A stretch of 64,000 bases of DNA from NCBI GenBank assembly GCA_015523335.1, contig WAKM01000012.1:1714-65713 (forward strand), read 5' to 3'. This DNA comes from Archaeoglobaceae archaeon. Lineage in GTDB: Archaea > Halobacteriota > Archaeoglobi > Archaeoglobales > Archaeoglobaceae. The notes under the pieces were generated by a model that ran no database searches, was not told the origin of the DNA, and saw only the letters and a list, made by a program, of their open reading frames with translations. A program made the position numbers and the translations under genes. This document shows, piece by piece, positions 9,732 through 18,778 of this stretch (positions are counted from its first letter, which is position 1; each line of letters begins with the position of its first letter).

Positions 9732-10274
9732 ATGTTTGATCTCGAAGAAATCAGGAGAAGGCGAAAGAGGTTGGGTTTAACTCAAAAGGAGTTGGCGAAA
9801 CTTGTGGGTGTTAGCCAACCACTCATAGCTCGAATAGAGTCGGGAACAATCGACCCCAAGCTTTCGCTCGTTAAACGAATTTTTGACGTTCTGGACGAGT
9901 TGGAGGGTAAAAAGACAACGGCTAAGGACATTATGAACTCTCCAGTAATTTACGCAACTCCCGAAACGCCCCTCGAAGAGGTTATGGAGATAATGATGGA
10001 GAGGGGAATATCCCAGATGCCCGTTTTGGAATCTGGTAGTGTCGTGGGTAGCGTTACCGAAAGTTCTATCATAAGGACGATACTTTCAAGAGGGAAAGCC
10101 AATAAATTGAGGGTGAAGGATTGCATGGACAAACCGTTTCCGAAGGTTCATCCATCCGAGAGTCTCGACGTGATCAGCAAGCTGTTGCTCGAAAATCCAG
10201 CAGTTTTGGTCGTCGATTGTGGCAAATTAATAGGGATAATCACGAAGCAAGACGTCATGAAGATTCTGAAATGA
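9732..10274 (+). CDS. XRE-type HTH + tandem CBS domain transcriptional regulator
   Basis: N-terminal HTH (LGLTQKELAKLVGVSQPLIARIESG) followed by two CBS-like repeats (IMNSPVIY...; CMDKPFPKV...). Confidence 0.8.
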   Translation: MFDLEEIRRRRKRLGLTQKELAKLVGVSQPLIARIESGTIDPKLSLVKRIFDVLDELEGKKTTAKDIMNSPVIYATPETPLEEVMEIMMERGISQMPVLESGSVVGSVTESSIIRTILSRGKANKLRVKDCMDKPFPKVHPSESLDVISKLLLENPAVLVVDCGKLIGIITKQDVMKILK

Positions 10275-10764
10275 GCTCATCAAGCGTCAAGATTGAAATT
10301 AAATTTTGAAGGTTTGCGCCCCTATCTACCACGCTCAATATCGCCACGACTTTGCCTCCTCTCTTCTCGACCCTTTCAACTACGGACAAAGCTGATTTGC
10401 CGGTGGTGGTTACGTCTTCAACCACTACGAACTTCTCTCCGCTTTTAACGATCCCGATGCAGTCATCTTTAACTCCGTAATCTTTCTTCTGCTTTCTGAA
10501 GATAACCAACGGCTTGTTAAGTTTTAAAGAAAGAGAAACGGATAGGGGAACCCCTCCGAGCTCTATACAGGCTATCTTGTCGAAATCGAGATTTCCGACT
10601 TTTTCAGCCATCAGTTCGGTTATAAGCTTGAGTATATCCGGATACGTGCACGCGAGCTTTATGTCAACGTAAACGTTGCTTCTCTGTCCAGATGAGAGAA
10701 CGAACTCCCCAAACTTAAGAGCTCCAACATCTTTAAGCCTTTTTATTAGCTTCTCCCTCACCAC
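10255..10764 (-). CDS. pyrE: Orotate phosphoribosyltransferase
   Basis: LKFGEFVLSSGQRSNVYVD and the PRPP motif VVVEDVTTTGKS. Its 3' end overlaps the convergent regulator by 20 nt. Confidence 0.9.
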   Translation of the reverse strand: MVREKLIKRLKDVGALKFGEFVLSSGQRSNVYVDIKLACTYPDILKLITELMAEKVGNLDFDKIACIELGGVPLSVSLSLKLNKPLVIFRKQKKDYGVKDDCIGIVKSGEKFVVVEDVTTTGKSALSVVERVEKRGGKVVAILSVVDRGANLQNLISILTLDELISESS

Positions 10765-11294
10765 GGAACCTCCTTAAGCTTTAGAACGTATGCTATAACG
10801 TTCACGACCAAATGCAAAACTGGAGTTATAACGATTCCGATGACCAATATCCTCATCGTGAAAAGTATGCCGAAAGTTGGAGAAATGCTTGCGAATGCGT
10901 AAGCTACAAGTAAAAACGTAAGCTGATCTAAAACCGGAAAGCACTTTCCCCTTTCAACTCCGAAACGTCTCTTGATGAAACTGCCCAAAGCGTCTCCGAC
11001 CATAGCACCGAACGCGAGCAAAAAAGCCAGCTGAAGGAATTGGTCGTAGGGGAGCTCGGAATACAATCTGAATCCAGCCAACCTTTCGATTAAAAGCTGG
11101 AGATGAGCAACGAGCAGACCACCTAAAACTCCTGCAATGAAACCCCTTATGGTTTTTCCATCCCCCAGTATCCTTTTTCCGTCTATGAATTTCTTGCCGA
11201 AGTCTATTGGAGTCCCTCCCCCAAATAGAACGGCGAAGTTGTTGGGGGTGTATGCCGGTAGCAGTAGCCATACCGTCTTTACGACTTCAAACAT
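10758..11294 (-). CDS. carS: CDP-archaeol synthase (CDP-2,3-bis-O-geranylgeranyl-sn-glycerol synthase)
   Basis: 178-aa polytopic protein with the DUF46/CarS signature LLPAYTPNNFAVLFGGGTPIDFGK...DGKTIRGF. Confidence 0.75.
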   Translation of the reverse strand: MFEVVKTVWLLLPAYTPNNFAVLFGGGTPIDFGKKFIDGKRILGDGKTIRGFIAGVLGGLLVAHLQLLIERLAGFRLYSELPYDQFLQLAFLLAFGAMVGDALGSFIKRRFGVERGKCFPVLDQLTFLLVAYAFASISPTFGILFTMRILVIGIVITPVLHLVVNVIAYVLKLKEVPW

Positions 11295-11316
11295 AGAGCC
11301 TCGGAAATCGGTGGGT

Positions 11317-11335
11317 GATATAAAACTTAATATAT
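11317..11335. promoter_or_regulatory. Back-to-back TATA-like boxes of the divergent carS / radical SAM promoter
   Basis: GATATAAAA (reads TTTTATATC on the minus strand) is centred ~27 nt from the carS ATG at 11294. TTAATATAT faces the plus-strand gene. Confidence 0.4.
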
Positions 11336-11367
11336 CTTCGGTTTCAAAAGCCTGTGGAGGTGTAATT

Positions 11368-12912
11368 ATGGGAGATGAAATTAAACTTCCTTACAAAACA
11401 CGCTCACTCTGTCCAGAATGCCTGAAAGTTCTCGACGCCGAAGTTTACGAGGAGAATGGTAAAGTCATGATCAGAAAAACCTGCCCCGAGCATGGTGAGT
11501 TTGTGGATGTCTATTGGGGTGACGTCGAACTTTTCAAGAAAGCTTCTCGCTTTAGACACGACGGTTGGGGTATTTGGAATCCGATAACTAAGAACGAGAA
11601 CGGTTGTCCCTTCTCGTGCGGTTTGTGCAACATGCACAAAAGCCATACCGCTCTGTTAAATATCGTTTTAACTAACAGATGTGACTTAGCCTGTTGGTAT
11701 TGTTTCTTTTATGCTAAAAGAGCCGGCTATGTATATGAGCCTACTCTCGATCAGATAATTCAGATGGTAAGAACGGCTAAGAATCTGAAACCGGTCGGTT
11801 GCAACGCAGTTCAGCTTACAGGCGGTGAGCCGACGCTTAGGGACGATCTAATTGATATAATAAAGGCTATAAAGGCTGAAGGGATAGATCACGTTCAGCT
11901 GAATACTAACGGCATAAGGCTCGCCCTCGAGAAAGATTTCGCTTTGAAGGTTAGAGAGGCTGGAGTGAATACCGTATACTTGTCATTCGACGGCGTTGAT
12001 GAGAAGACGAATCCGAAGAACATAAGGGAGATTCCATCCATATTGGAGAACTGTAGAAGGGCTGAATTGGGACTCGTTCTCGTTCCAACGGTGATAAAGA
12101 CCGTGAACGACCACCAGTTGGGAGATATAATAAGGTTTGCCGCCGATAACATCGATGTCGTCAGGGGTGTGAACATTCAGCCCGTCAGCTTGGTCGGAAG
12201 CATGCCGAGGAAGGAGAGGGAGAGGTATAGGATAACGATTCCAGATGTTATAAAGAGAATTGAGGAGCAGACGAACGGCGAGATCGCGAGGGAAGATTTC
12301 TATCCCGTTCCGTGCGTAACTCCGATATCGCACTTCGTGGAGGCTTTGACCGGAAGACCGCAGTATGAATTCACCTGTCACTTCGCATGCGGAATGGCTA
12401 CTTACGTTTTCAAGGAAAACGGAAAACTAATTCCGATTACGAGGTTCGTAGACGTTGAAGGATTCTTTGAATATTTGGACGAGAAGGCTGAAGAGATCAA
12501 GAGCAGCAGAATAAAAAGTTTGCGAGCTTTGAAGAGCATTCTCGACTTGAGGAGGTTCGTGGATTCTAAGCATGCTCCGAAGAGTTTGGACGTTAGCAGA
12601 ATACTTTTCGACGTCTTAGTTAGGCACGATTATACGACGCTCGGCGAATTCCATGCGAAGACTCTGTTCATCGGAATGATGCACTTCCAAGACCTCTACA
12701 ACTACGACATCGAGAGGGTGAAGAGGTGCGTAATCCACTACGGAACGCCAGATGGCAGAATAATCCCGTTCTGCGCTTTTAACGTTTTACCCGAAATCTA
12801 CAGGGATAAGATTCACGAGCAATTCGGAATTCCGGTTGAAGAGTGGGAGAAAAAGACGGGCAAAAAGCTTAAAGATGAAATCTACAGAGTCGTTAGAAGA
12901 CCCAAGGACTGA
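11368..12912 (+). CDS. Radical SAM protein, Tes/GDGT-MAS-like (putative tetraether lipid synthase family)
   Basis: ATG 11368 is preceded by GGAGGTG; the longer ORF from 11137 runs antisense into carS. N-terminal Cys-rich ribbon (CPEC...CPEHG) and a radical SAM CDLACWYC motif. ~514 aa, matching the MJ0619-type architecture. The family call is made from memory of that architecture. Confidence 0.6.
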   Translation: MGDEIKLPYKTRSLCPECLKVLDAEVYEENGKVMIRKTCPEHGEFVDVYWGDVELFKKASRFRHDGWGIWNPITKNENGCPFSCGLCNMHKSHTALLNIVLTNRCDLACWYCFFYAKRAGYVYEPTLDQIIQMVRTAKNLKPVGCNAVQLTGGEPTLRDDLIDIIKAIKAEGIDHVQLNTNGIRLALEKDFALKVREAGVNTVYLSFDGVDEKTNPKNIREIPSILENCRRAELGLVLVPTVIKTVNDHQLGDIIRFAADNIDVVRGVNIQPVSLVGSMPRKERERYRITIPDVIKRIEEQTNGEIAREDFYPVPCVTPISHFVEALTGRPQYEFTCHFACGMATYVFKENGKLIPITRFVDVEGFFEYLDEKAEEIKSSRIKSLRALKSILDLRRFVDSKHAPKSLDVSRILFDVLVRHDYTTLGEFHAKTLFIGMMHFQDLYNYDIERVKRCVIHYGTPDGRIIPFCAFNVLPEIYRDKIHEQFGIPVEEWEKKTGKKLKDEIYRVVRRPKD

Positions 12913-12938
12913 TAGTCTGCCGAACATTTTATTACGAT

Positions 12939-14612
12939 TTAAGCCTTTTTATGATACGTTAGCTCGTTTGCCAATATGTATACGGTCATATCGACCTCAT
13001 CCTTAAGCTCTATACTCTCGATTTTTTCTCCGTTCGAAGCTCTGATGATTATCCTACCTCTCTCACTGCAACTATCGACTTCCGGCAATTCGGACTTCAC
13101 ACCGTAATACATCCTCATGATAGCCGATTTTATCAGCTTTGCATCCCCTTTCAAATCTCCTTTACCCAGTTGCTCGGCTTTATCGAAGCAGTGCATGAAG
13201 TTTATCGCAGTTATTCCGTAGTTTCTGAATACCATGAATCCCAAGGCACCGGCTTTGAGGTAGAACTCCGCCGCCTTCGGATCTCCTTTGCTCTCCAAAC
13301 CCTTCGCCAGATTCATGTAGAAGGTCGCTTTTACATCCGGCGGAATGGCGTCCCAATGCTCTTTAATCGCCTCAAGAACCTCCATCGCTTTGTCGACGTT
13401 TCCACCGCTCATGTAAAGCGAGCTCAGGTTACTCAAAGCCGTTACGAGATTTCCCAACATGTTCGTGTTATCTTTCGATAGTTCGCCGAATAATCTTATA
13501 GCCTCCTTGTAGAACTTCTCGGCTTTTTCTAAATCTCCTTTTCTGCTGTAAAGGTAACCCAAGTTGTTTACTATCGACGCCACGTTTGTCATCTTGCTTT
13601 TATCTTCTTTGGCTTTCTTCAGCTCAATTCTTAAAGCATCGTGGAAGCACTTTTCGGCGTTATCGTAGTCTTCCTTAGCCATGTAGAGATCTCCGAGCGA
13701 TAGCAAAATCGGAACCATGCCCTCTTCATCCTCCCTCTCCATTCTAACCCTTAGGCACTCCGTATACGTGCTCTCCGCTTTGTCGAGTTCACCCTTCGCG
13801 AAGTATAGATTGCCAAGATTGTTCAAAACTCCTGCTACGAATCTGCTGTAACTCGAATCCTCTTCGGATTTTTTAACATAGTAGTTCAGAACGGCTTTGT
13901 AGTGAGCTTCGGCTTCCTCATACTTCTTGACGAGAAGATATAGGTTGCCCAAAGTCCCCAATATCCTGCACTTCGTGTCGTCATCGCTTATTCTTTTAAC
14001 GAGTTTCTCTCCGACTTCGAGTAGCGTATCTATACATGGATGTCTTCCGTATAACCTGTTTACGGTATCGATGAATAGATTCAAGGCTCTGTCGATTTCT
14101 CCGGCTTTCAGACAGTGATAAGCCAAATACGCCTTATTGTCCAAGCTATCCACGAGTTTTTCGTAGTATCTAACCGCAAGTCTGTGATACTTCTCTTCCT
14201 CCAACTCTTCGAAGATTTCCTTCGCCGGCTTGCTGAATCTGAAGGTAAAGTTCGAATCCTCAAGAATTCCGAACGATACCAGTTCATCGATCAGCGCCGG
14301 ATAGTCCTCAAACTTTTCCGAGTAAATCTCTTCGGCGACATCCTTCACTATGTCGCCGTTCAGAACCGCAAGATGTTTAGCAAGCTCGAACGCTTCACCG
14401 CTCAACGCAAGCTCAAGTATTTTTTTCATATTTTCCCTTACTCTCGGCTCGATTTTGAGTAGCTCCTCTACATCTCCACCCTCTTCAAGCTCCTCGAGCA
14501 TTTCCTTTGCCTTGTTTGAAAGCTCTTCAATCTCTTCGGCGAGCTTTCTGATCTCCTCGCTGTCCTTCTTCTTCAAAATCGATTTGGCAAGATCCGCAAA
14601 TTCCTCCAACAT
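12939..14612 (-). CDS. TPR repeat protein with acidic coiled-coil N-terminus
   Basis: Multiple 34-aa TPR-like units (LGNLY..KG....AE..Y..AL pattern). Starts 4 nt after the Memo gene stop. Confidence 0.75.
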   Translation of the reverse strand: MLEEFADLAKSILKKKDSEEIRKLAEEIEELSNKAKEMLEELEEGGDVEELLKIEPRVRENMKKILELALSGEAFELAKHLAVLNGDIVKDVAEEIYSEKFEDYPALIDELVSFGILEDSNFTFRFSKPAKEIFEELEEEKYHRLAVRYYEKLVDSLDNKAYLAYHCLKAGEIDRALNLFIDTVNRLYGRHPCIDTLLEVGEKLVKRISDDDTKCRILGTLGNLYLLVKKYEEAEAHYKAVLNYYVKKSEEDSSYSRFVAGVLNNLGNLYFAKGELDKAESTYTECLRVRMEREDEEGMVPILLSLGDLYMAKEDYDNAEKCFHDALRIELKKAKEDKSKMTNVASIVNNLGYLYSRKGDLEKAEKFYKEAIRLFGELSKDNTNMLGNLVTALSNLSSLYMSGGNVDKAMEVLEAIKEHWDAIPPDVKATFYMNLAKGLESKGDPKAAEFYLKAGALGFMVFRNYGITAINFMHCFDKAEQLGKGDLKGDAKLIKSAIMRMYYGVKSELPEVDSCSERGRIIIRASNGEKIESIELKDEVDMTVYILANELTYHKKA

Positions 14613-14616
14613 CCAA

Positions 14617-15408
14617 TCACACCCTAAACACGATACCGGCGTAACCTACAACTTGGCTTTTATCAGCAACATCTCCGCTCGTGGAATAATCAACAAGCTC
14701 CGCATGAGCGTTATGTTGCTTAGCATAGAGCATAGCTACGGCTATAGCTCCGTAACCACAAACGCTCGCCTGCAAATCGTAAATGGTCTTGTAATACTTC
14801 GAAACGTCCATCGAAAGGATAGCCCTAATCACTATCTCGTCGAGCCTCCTGCACTCCTCATCGGGCAGATAATGGTGCATGTCGGATGAGGCGATTACGA
14901 CTATATCCTTTCCAGTTTCCTCCTTCGCAACTATTATCTCCTCCGCAACTTCCCTCGCGACTTCTTCATCCTGCAATCCCAAGCAGATCGGAACTATCTT
15001 GAATTCCCTACCCCGGTTGATATACTGAAGGAAGGGAACCTGAACCTCCAAAGAGTGCTCGTATCTGTGGGCTATCTCGTCCATGTCTATTATTTTCTTC
15101 GGAAGAGCATCCACGAATTCCCTATCGACTTCCACTTCGCCCAAAGGCGTTAGCCAAGTGTCCGTTGAGACAGCAACCGCAGAACCGTAGCCAGTGTGAT
15201 TCGGGCCTACTATCACGTATGTTTCAACCTGCGGAACGAGGGAGTAAACCTTTCCAGCGGTTCTGCCGGAATACATGTAGCCGGCATGGGGTGCAACGCA
15301 AGCGATTACCGAAGGATCGGGATTCGGATGAACGAACTCGTTAAGCATTGCGAGTAATGAATCCGGATTCGACGGGTAAAACGAACCAGCTACTACCGGA
15401 TGTCTCAT
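14617..15408 (-). CDS. MEMO1-family protein (AmmeMemoRadiSam system protein B)
   Basis: N-terminal RHPVVAGSFYPSNP and APHAGYMYSG motifs, plus a His-rich catalytic pattern. 263 aa. Confidence 0.85.
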   Translation of the reverse strand: MRHPVVAGSFYPSNPDSLLAMLNEFVHPNPDPSVIACVAPHAGYMYSGRTAGKVYSLVPQVETYVIVGPNHTGYGSAVAVSTDTWLTPLGEVEVDREFVDALPKKIIDMDEIAHRYEHSLEVQVPFLQYINRGREFKIVPICLGLQDEEVAREVAEEIIVAKEETGKDIVVIASSDMHHYLPDEECRRLDEIVIRAILSMDVSKYYKTIYDLQASVCGYGAIAVAMLYAKQHNAHAELVDYSTSGDVADKSQVVGYAGIVFRV

Positions 15409-15450
15409 ACTTGGCTATCTTGTCACAGCATACTTAAGCGTGTCGCTCAT

Positions 15451-15459
15451 CTATATATA
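15451..15459 (+). promoter_or_regulatory. TATA box (CTATATATA) for queC
   Basis: Centred ~27 nt upstream of GTG 15482, predicting a leaderless queC mRNA. Confidence 0.45.
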
Positions 15460-15481
15460 CCCAGCCCCAGACCTAGATTCC

Positions 15482-16198
15482 GTGACCGTGCTGATATTCA
15501 GCGGTGGGCTGGATTCGACCACTCTGCTATGGTTCCTTGCAAAGGTTGAGGAGCATCGAAGGATACATGCCTTAACCTTTAACTACGGGCAAAGGCATTT
15601 GAAGGAGATAGAGCATGCGAGAAAGATAGTCGAGTTCGCGAGAAATGATGGAATTAACGTTGAGCATAAGGTTGTGGACATATCATCAATTAGAGATCTA
15701 ATTTCCGTAGGAGCTTTGGCTGGAAACGAAGAAGTGCCGAAAGCTCATTACGAAGATAAATCTCAAAGGGCGACGATAGTTCCGAACAGAAACATGATAT
15801 TTCTCTCGATAGCGGTCGGCTACGCTGTTAAAATCGGAGCAAAAGCAGTCTACTATTCGGCTCACAGAGGAGATTATGCGAACTATCCAGATTGCAGAAA
15901 GGAATTCGTAAAGGCTATGGATACCGCTGTCTATTTAGCAAACATCTTTACGCCGGTCGAGATCAGAGCGCCTTTCATAGACATGAACAAGGTGGAGATC
16001 GTCAGGCTCGGCTTGAAGTTGGGAGTTCCATACGAGCTGACTTGGACTTGCTACGAAGGTAGGGAAAGACCCTGCCTAAGCTGTGGTGCTTGCATCGAGA
16101 GAACGGAAGCCTTTCTGCTTAACGGTGTTAAAGACCCGTTGCTCAGCGATGAGGAATGGTCGAAAGCCGTAAAAATCTACGAGAGAATGAAAAGATGA
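15482..16198 (+). CDS. queC: 7-cyano-7-deazaguanine (preQ0) synthase QueC
   Basis: PP-loop VLIFSGGLDSTT, NYGQRH, and a C-terminal Cys cluster CYEGRERPCLSCGAC. The ORF is open from GTG 15440, but the usual QueC N-terminus and the TATA position favour GTG 15482. Confidence 0.9.
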   Translation: MTVLIFSGGLDSTTLLWFLAKVEEHRRIHALTFNYGQRHLKEIEHARKIVEFARNDGINVEHKVVDISSIRDLISVGALAGNEEVPKAHYEDKSQRATIVPNRNMIFLSIAVGYAVKIGAKAVYYSAHRGDYANYPDCRKEFVKAMDTAVYLANIFTPVEIRAPFIDMNKVEIVRLGLKLGVPYELTWTCYEGRERPCLSCGACIERTEAFLLNGVKDPLLSDEEWSKAVKIYERMKR

Positions 16199-16881
16199 GA
16201 GCGGAGATAAGCGAGATCTTCGAGTCCATACAGGGGGAAGGTATTTTGGTCGGAGTCAGACAGGTATTCGTCAGATTTGCGAGATGCAATTTAGCATGCA
16301 TTTACTGCGATACCGCTAAGAACTCGGAATTCTGCAGGGATTACATCCACAACCGAACGCTCAGAAATCCGATCTCAGCGGAATACGTTTCGAATTTGAT
16401 TAAATCTGCCAAGGTTCATTCGGTAAGTTTTACCGGTGGAGAACCTTTGCTGTATGCGGATTTTATAAGAAACGTTGAGAAAACCAAGCCATTCTACTTG
16501 GAAACGAACATGACTCTGCCGGATGAAGCTAAAAAGGTTAAAGATGTCGTGGATTTCGTAGCCGGAGACTTCAAGGTTAGGGAAGCTTTGCCGAATCGGA
16601 ATTACGATGAGATCGTTGAAAGAACTGTTAGATGCTTCAAAATTCTTAGAAACTGCAGAAGAAGGCAGACATTCTGCAAGATAGTTCTGCCAAATGATTT
16701 TGACTTCGACGAAGTTGTCAGCAATGCGGAATCGATCAAAGACTACGTTGAATGCTTCGTCTTGCAACCGGTTTTCGGGCAGAAAAATATTAAAATCCTC
16801 TTGGATCTTCAGAAGAAGCTTATGGATATCAAGGATACGAGAATAATTCCGCAGGTTCATAAGTATCTGGGGGTGAGATGA
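16195..16881 (+). CDS. queE: 7-carboxy-7-deazaguanine synthase QueE (radical SAM)
   Basis: IFESIQGEGILVG and the CNLACIYCDT cluster motif. ATGA overlap with the queC stop; the ORF-track start at 16156 lies inside queC. Confidence 0.85.
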   Translation: MRAEISEIFESIQGEGILVGVRQVFVRFARCNLACIYCDTAKNSEFCRDYIHNRTLRNPISAEYVSNLIKSAKVHSVSFTGGEPLLYADFIRNVEKTKPFYLETNMTLPDEAKKVKDVVDFVAGDFKVREALPNRNYDEIVERTVRCFKILRNCRRRQTFCKIVLPNDFDFDEVVSNAESIKDYVECFVLQPVFGQKNIKILLDLQKKLMDIKDTRIIPQVHKYLGVR

Positions 16882-17225
16882 TCAGGATGATCGTCGGCGT
16901 TTCCGAGACCTTCGATTCAGCTCATTTCCTTCCGAACCATCCGAAATGCGGGAAGGTGCACGGACACACTTACAAAGTCGAGGTGGAGGTCGAAGGAGAG
17001 CTTAGAGATGGTATGGTGATAGATTTTGAAGATTTGAAAGCGATACTTAGAGAAATCGTTTCAAAATTCGATCACAAGCTGATAAATGATCTAATCGATA
17101 ATCCGACATGTGAAAATATATGTTTGGCAATATTCAACGAAATTAAAGATAGATTGAAGGATCTGAAGGTAATTAGAGTTAAGGTTTACGAAAACCCCAA
17201 CAAATGGGCTGAGATCAGGATTTGA
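16878..17225 (+). CDS. queD: 6-carboxy-5,6,7,8-tetrahydropterin synthase QueD
   Basis: FDSAHFLPNHPKCGKVHGHTY motif (PTPS family). 115 aa. ATGA overlap with queE. Confidence 0.9.
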   Translation: MIRMIVGVSETFDSAHFLPNHPKCGKVHGHTYKVEVEVEGELRDGMVIDFEDLKAILREIVSKFDHKLINDLIDNPTCENICLAIFNEIKDRLKDLKVIRVKVYENPNKWAEIRI

Positions 17226-17230
17226 AGTTT

Positions 17231-18217
17231 TCAAATGTCTGCGATTCTCTTTATAATCTCGCCGGTAAGCTTTAAGCCGTAGTTCTCCAAAAACCTGAAA
17301 GTATCTTTGCTCAACTCTGCTGAGAACCTGTAGTTTTCGAAGGATTTCAGCACGATACTCTCGTCGAATCCCATCTTCTTCGCAATCAGCTCGGAAGCTT
17401 TAACTTCATCGAAGCTTTTCGCGTATCTCTTAAGCTTTTCGATGAAATCCTCAAGCAAGTCCTTCTGAGTTTCGTAAAACTGAACGTTGGATGCAAGGGA
17501 ACAGCACGGATATTCCCCTATTATTTCCTTAAACTCCATATGCTCGAACTCATCTTTAAGCATCGTGAAGTAAGGTTCCCAAATTGCTATGGCATCGAAT
17601 TCGCATCCTTTAAAGCAACTTATCATCGATTCGGGGGAGGAAAAATACTTAAACGATAACTCGGATACGTTGAAACCTAACTTCTCCAAAAAAAGCTTAA
17701 GGTTGCTTTCCATTGCAGAAAGCTCCGATGTTGCGAAAGTTCTGCATTCTTCAAGCCTTCTCTTCATAAAAATACCGCTTCCGTTGTATGCTACTACGCA
17801 ATGAATCCTTATCGATCTCAGAGTCAAGGCGAACATGGTTTGGGTTATAAAAGGAGAAACTCCGACATCTATCGTTCCCAACGCCAAGGACTTCGTAAGT
17901 TCGAGTGCGTTGTCGAATACCTTAACGACAGCCCCAACGTCATCGCAAGCGAGGAGGACGTGGGGATACTCCGAAGCTTTTAGAATCCCAACCCTCATCA
18001 ATCCTTCAATCGGCTTGGGCGCGAAATCTGAAAGCCAAACCCTCATCGATTTCCCCGCAACCCTCTCCCTAACTATAACGCCATCATCTTCGAGCATCCG
18101 AAGGATCTCCGAAACAGTCGACTTTGATAGCTTAAGCTTTTTCGGAATCTCGCTCTGCAGTATCCCCTCTTCCCTCTTCTCCCTCAGAAGGTTAATTATC
18201 CTCTTTTCGGCGTTCAA
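17231..18217 (-). CDS. Winged-helix (MarR-like) regulator fused to a type-2 periplasmic-binding-protein-like (SsuA/NMT1-like) ligand domain
   Basis: N-terminal wHTH (ILQSEIPKKLKLSKSTVSEILRMLEDDGVIVRE). The C-terminal ~250 aa carry LALGTIDVGVSP and IWEPYF patterns of SsuA/TauA-like binding proteins. No signal peptide. TTG start overlaps the upstream stop (TTGA). Confidence 0.6.
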   Translation of the reverse strand: MNAEKRIINLLREKREEGILQSEIPKKLKLSKSTVSEILRMLEDDGVIVRERVAGKSMRVWLSDFAPKPIEGLMRVGILKASEYPHVLLACDDVGAVVKVFDNALELTKSLALGTIDVGVSPFITQTMFALTLRSIRIHCVVAYNGSGIFMKRRLEECRTFATSELSAMESNLKLFLEKLGFNVSELSFKYFSSPESMISCFKGCEFDAIAIWEPYFTMLKDEFEHMEFKEIIGEYPCCSLASNVQFYETQKDLLEDFIEKLKRYAKSFDEVKASELIAKKMGFDESIVLKSFENYRFSAELSKDTFRFLENYGLKLTGEIIKRIADI

Positions 18218-18753
18218 AGCTCAAACGACCTCCTCGTAACTTTAAGCTCACCCTCCCTAAGCTCGAAAAGTTCGACATCAACCCTTTGCCCCTCAACGTT
18301 CGCTATTATGAAAGACGGAATTAAAGATGCTTTCCCACCGCTCCATACGCCAGTAGCGGATCCGGGATTCAGGAGCAGAACGTCCTTGAAGTAAATATCA
18401 GCCGAATGAGTGTGCCCGTGGATGAGAACGTCAACTCCGAGATCGTATGCTATCTCCTTAAGCTGGGAAACATCCCCTCTCGGATAAACCTGATGACCGT
18501 GAATAATTCCGAGCTTCAAGTTTCCAGCCTTAGTTGTTTGTTGCTCCGGCAGTGGAAGATGATCCATGTTGCCAGAAACTGCTATAACCCGATCGCTCAG
18601 GTTTTTCAGGTAGTCCAGCACCTTTCTATCCGTTAGATCTCCCGTGCATATTAATAGATCGAAACGCTTGGATGTTATGAAATCGTCGATCTTCTTAGGC
18701 AACCACTCCGCTCTGTTGGGTATGTGCGTATCACCTATTATGAGAATTTCCAT
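18214..18753 (-). CDS. MJ0936/YfcE-family metallophosphoesterase
   Basis: GDTH, GDL, GNMD, GH and GHTH motifs in order. The ORF is open from GTG 18789, but the family normally starts at the MEILIIGDTH position (ATG 18753). Confidence 0.8.
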   Translation of the reverse strand: MEILIIGDTHIPNRAEWLPKKIDDFITSKRFDLLICTGDLTDRKVLDYLKNLSDRVIAVSGNMDHLPLPEQQTTKAGNLKLGIIHGHQVYPRGDVSQLKEIAYDLGVDVLIHGHTHSADIYFKDVLLLNPGSATGVWSGGKASLIPSFIIANVEGQRVDVELFELREGELKVTRRSFEL

Positions 18754-18778
18754 GTTTCTCAATAGAACGTTTGGACAC

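Noticed and set aside
11137-11367. N-terminal 77-codon extension of the radical SAM ORF given in the ORF track
   Set aside because: It runs antisense through the carS 5' end and the shared promoter, and encodes low-quality sequence. ATG 11368 has a GGAGGTG site and begins exactly at the conserved Cys-ribbon N-terminus.
14250-14259. GTTCGAATCC, a tRNA T-loop-like decamer
   Set aside because: It lies inside the TPR CDS. The flanking bases (TAAAG / CCTCA) cannot form a T-stem, and no acceptor or anticodon arms are present.
14350-14889. 179-aa plus-strand ORF (Ser-rich) spanning the TPR/Memo junction
   Set aside because: Low-complexity poly-Ser/Phe translation, antisense to two well-supported genes. 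A typical shadow ORF.
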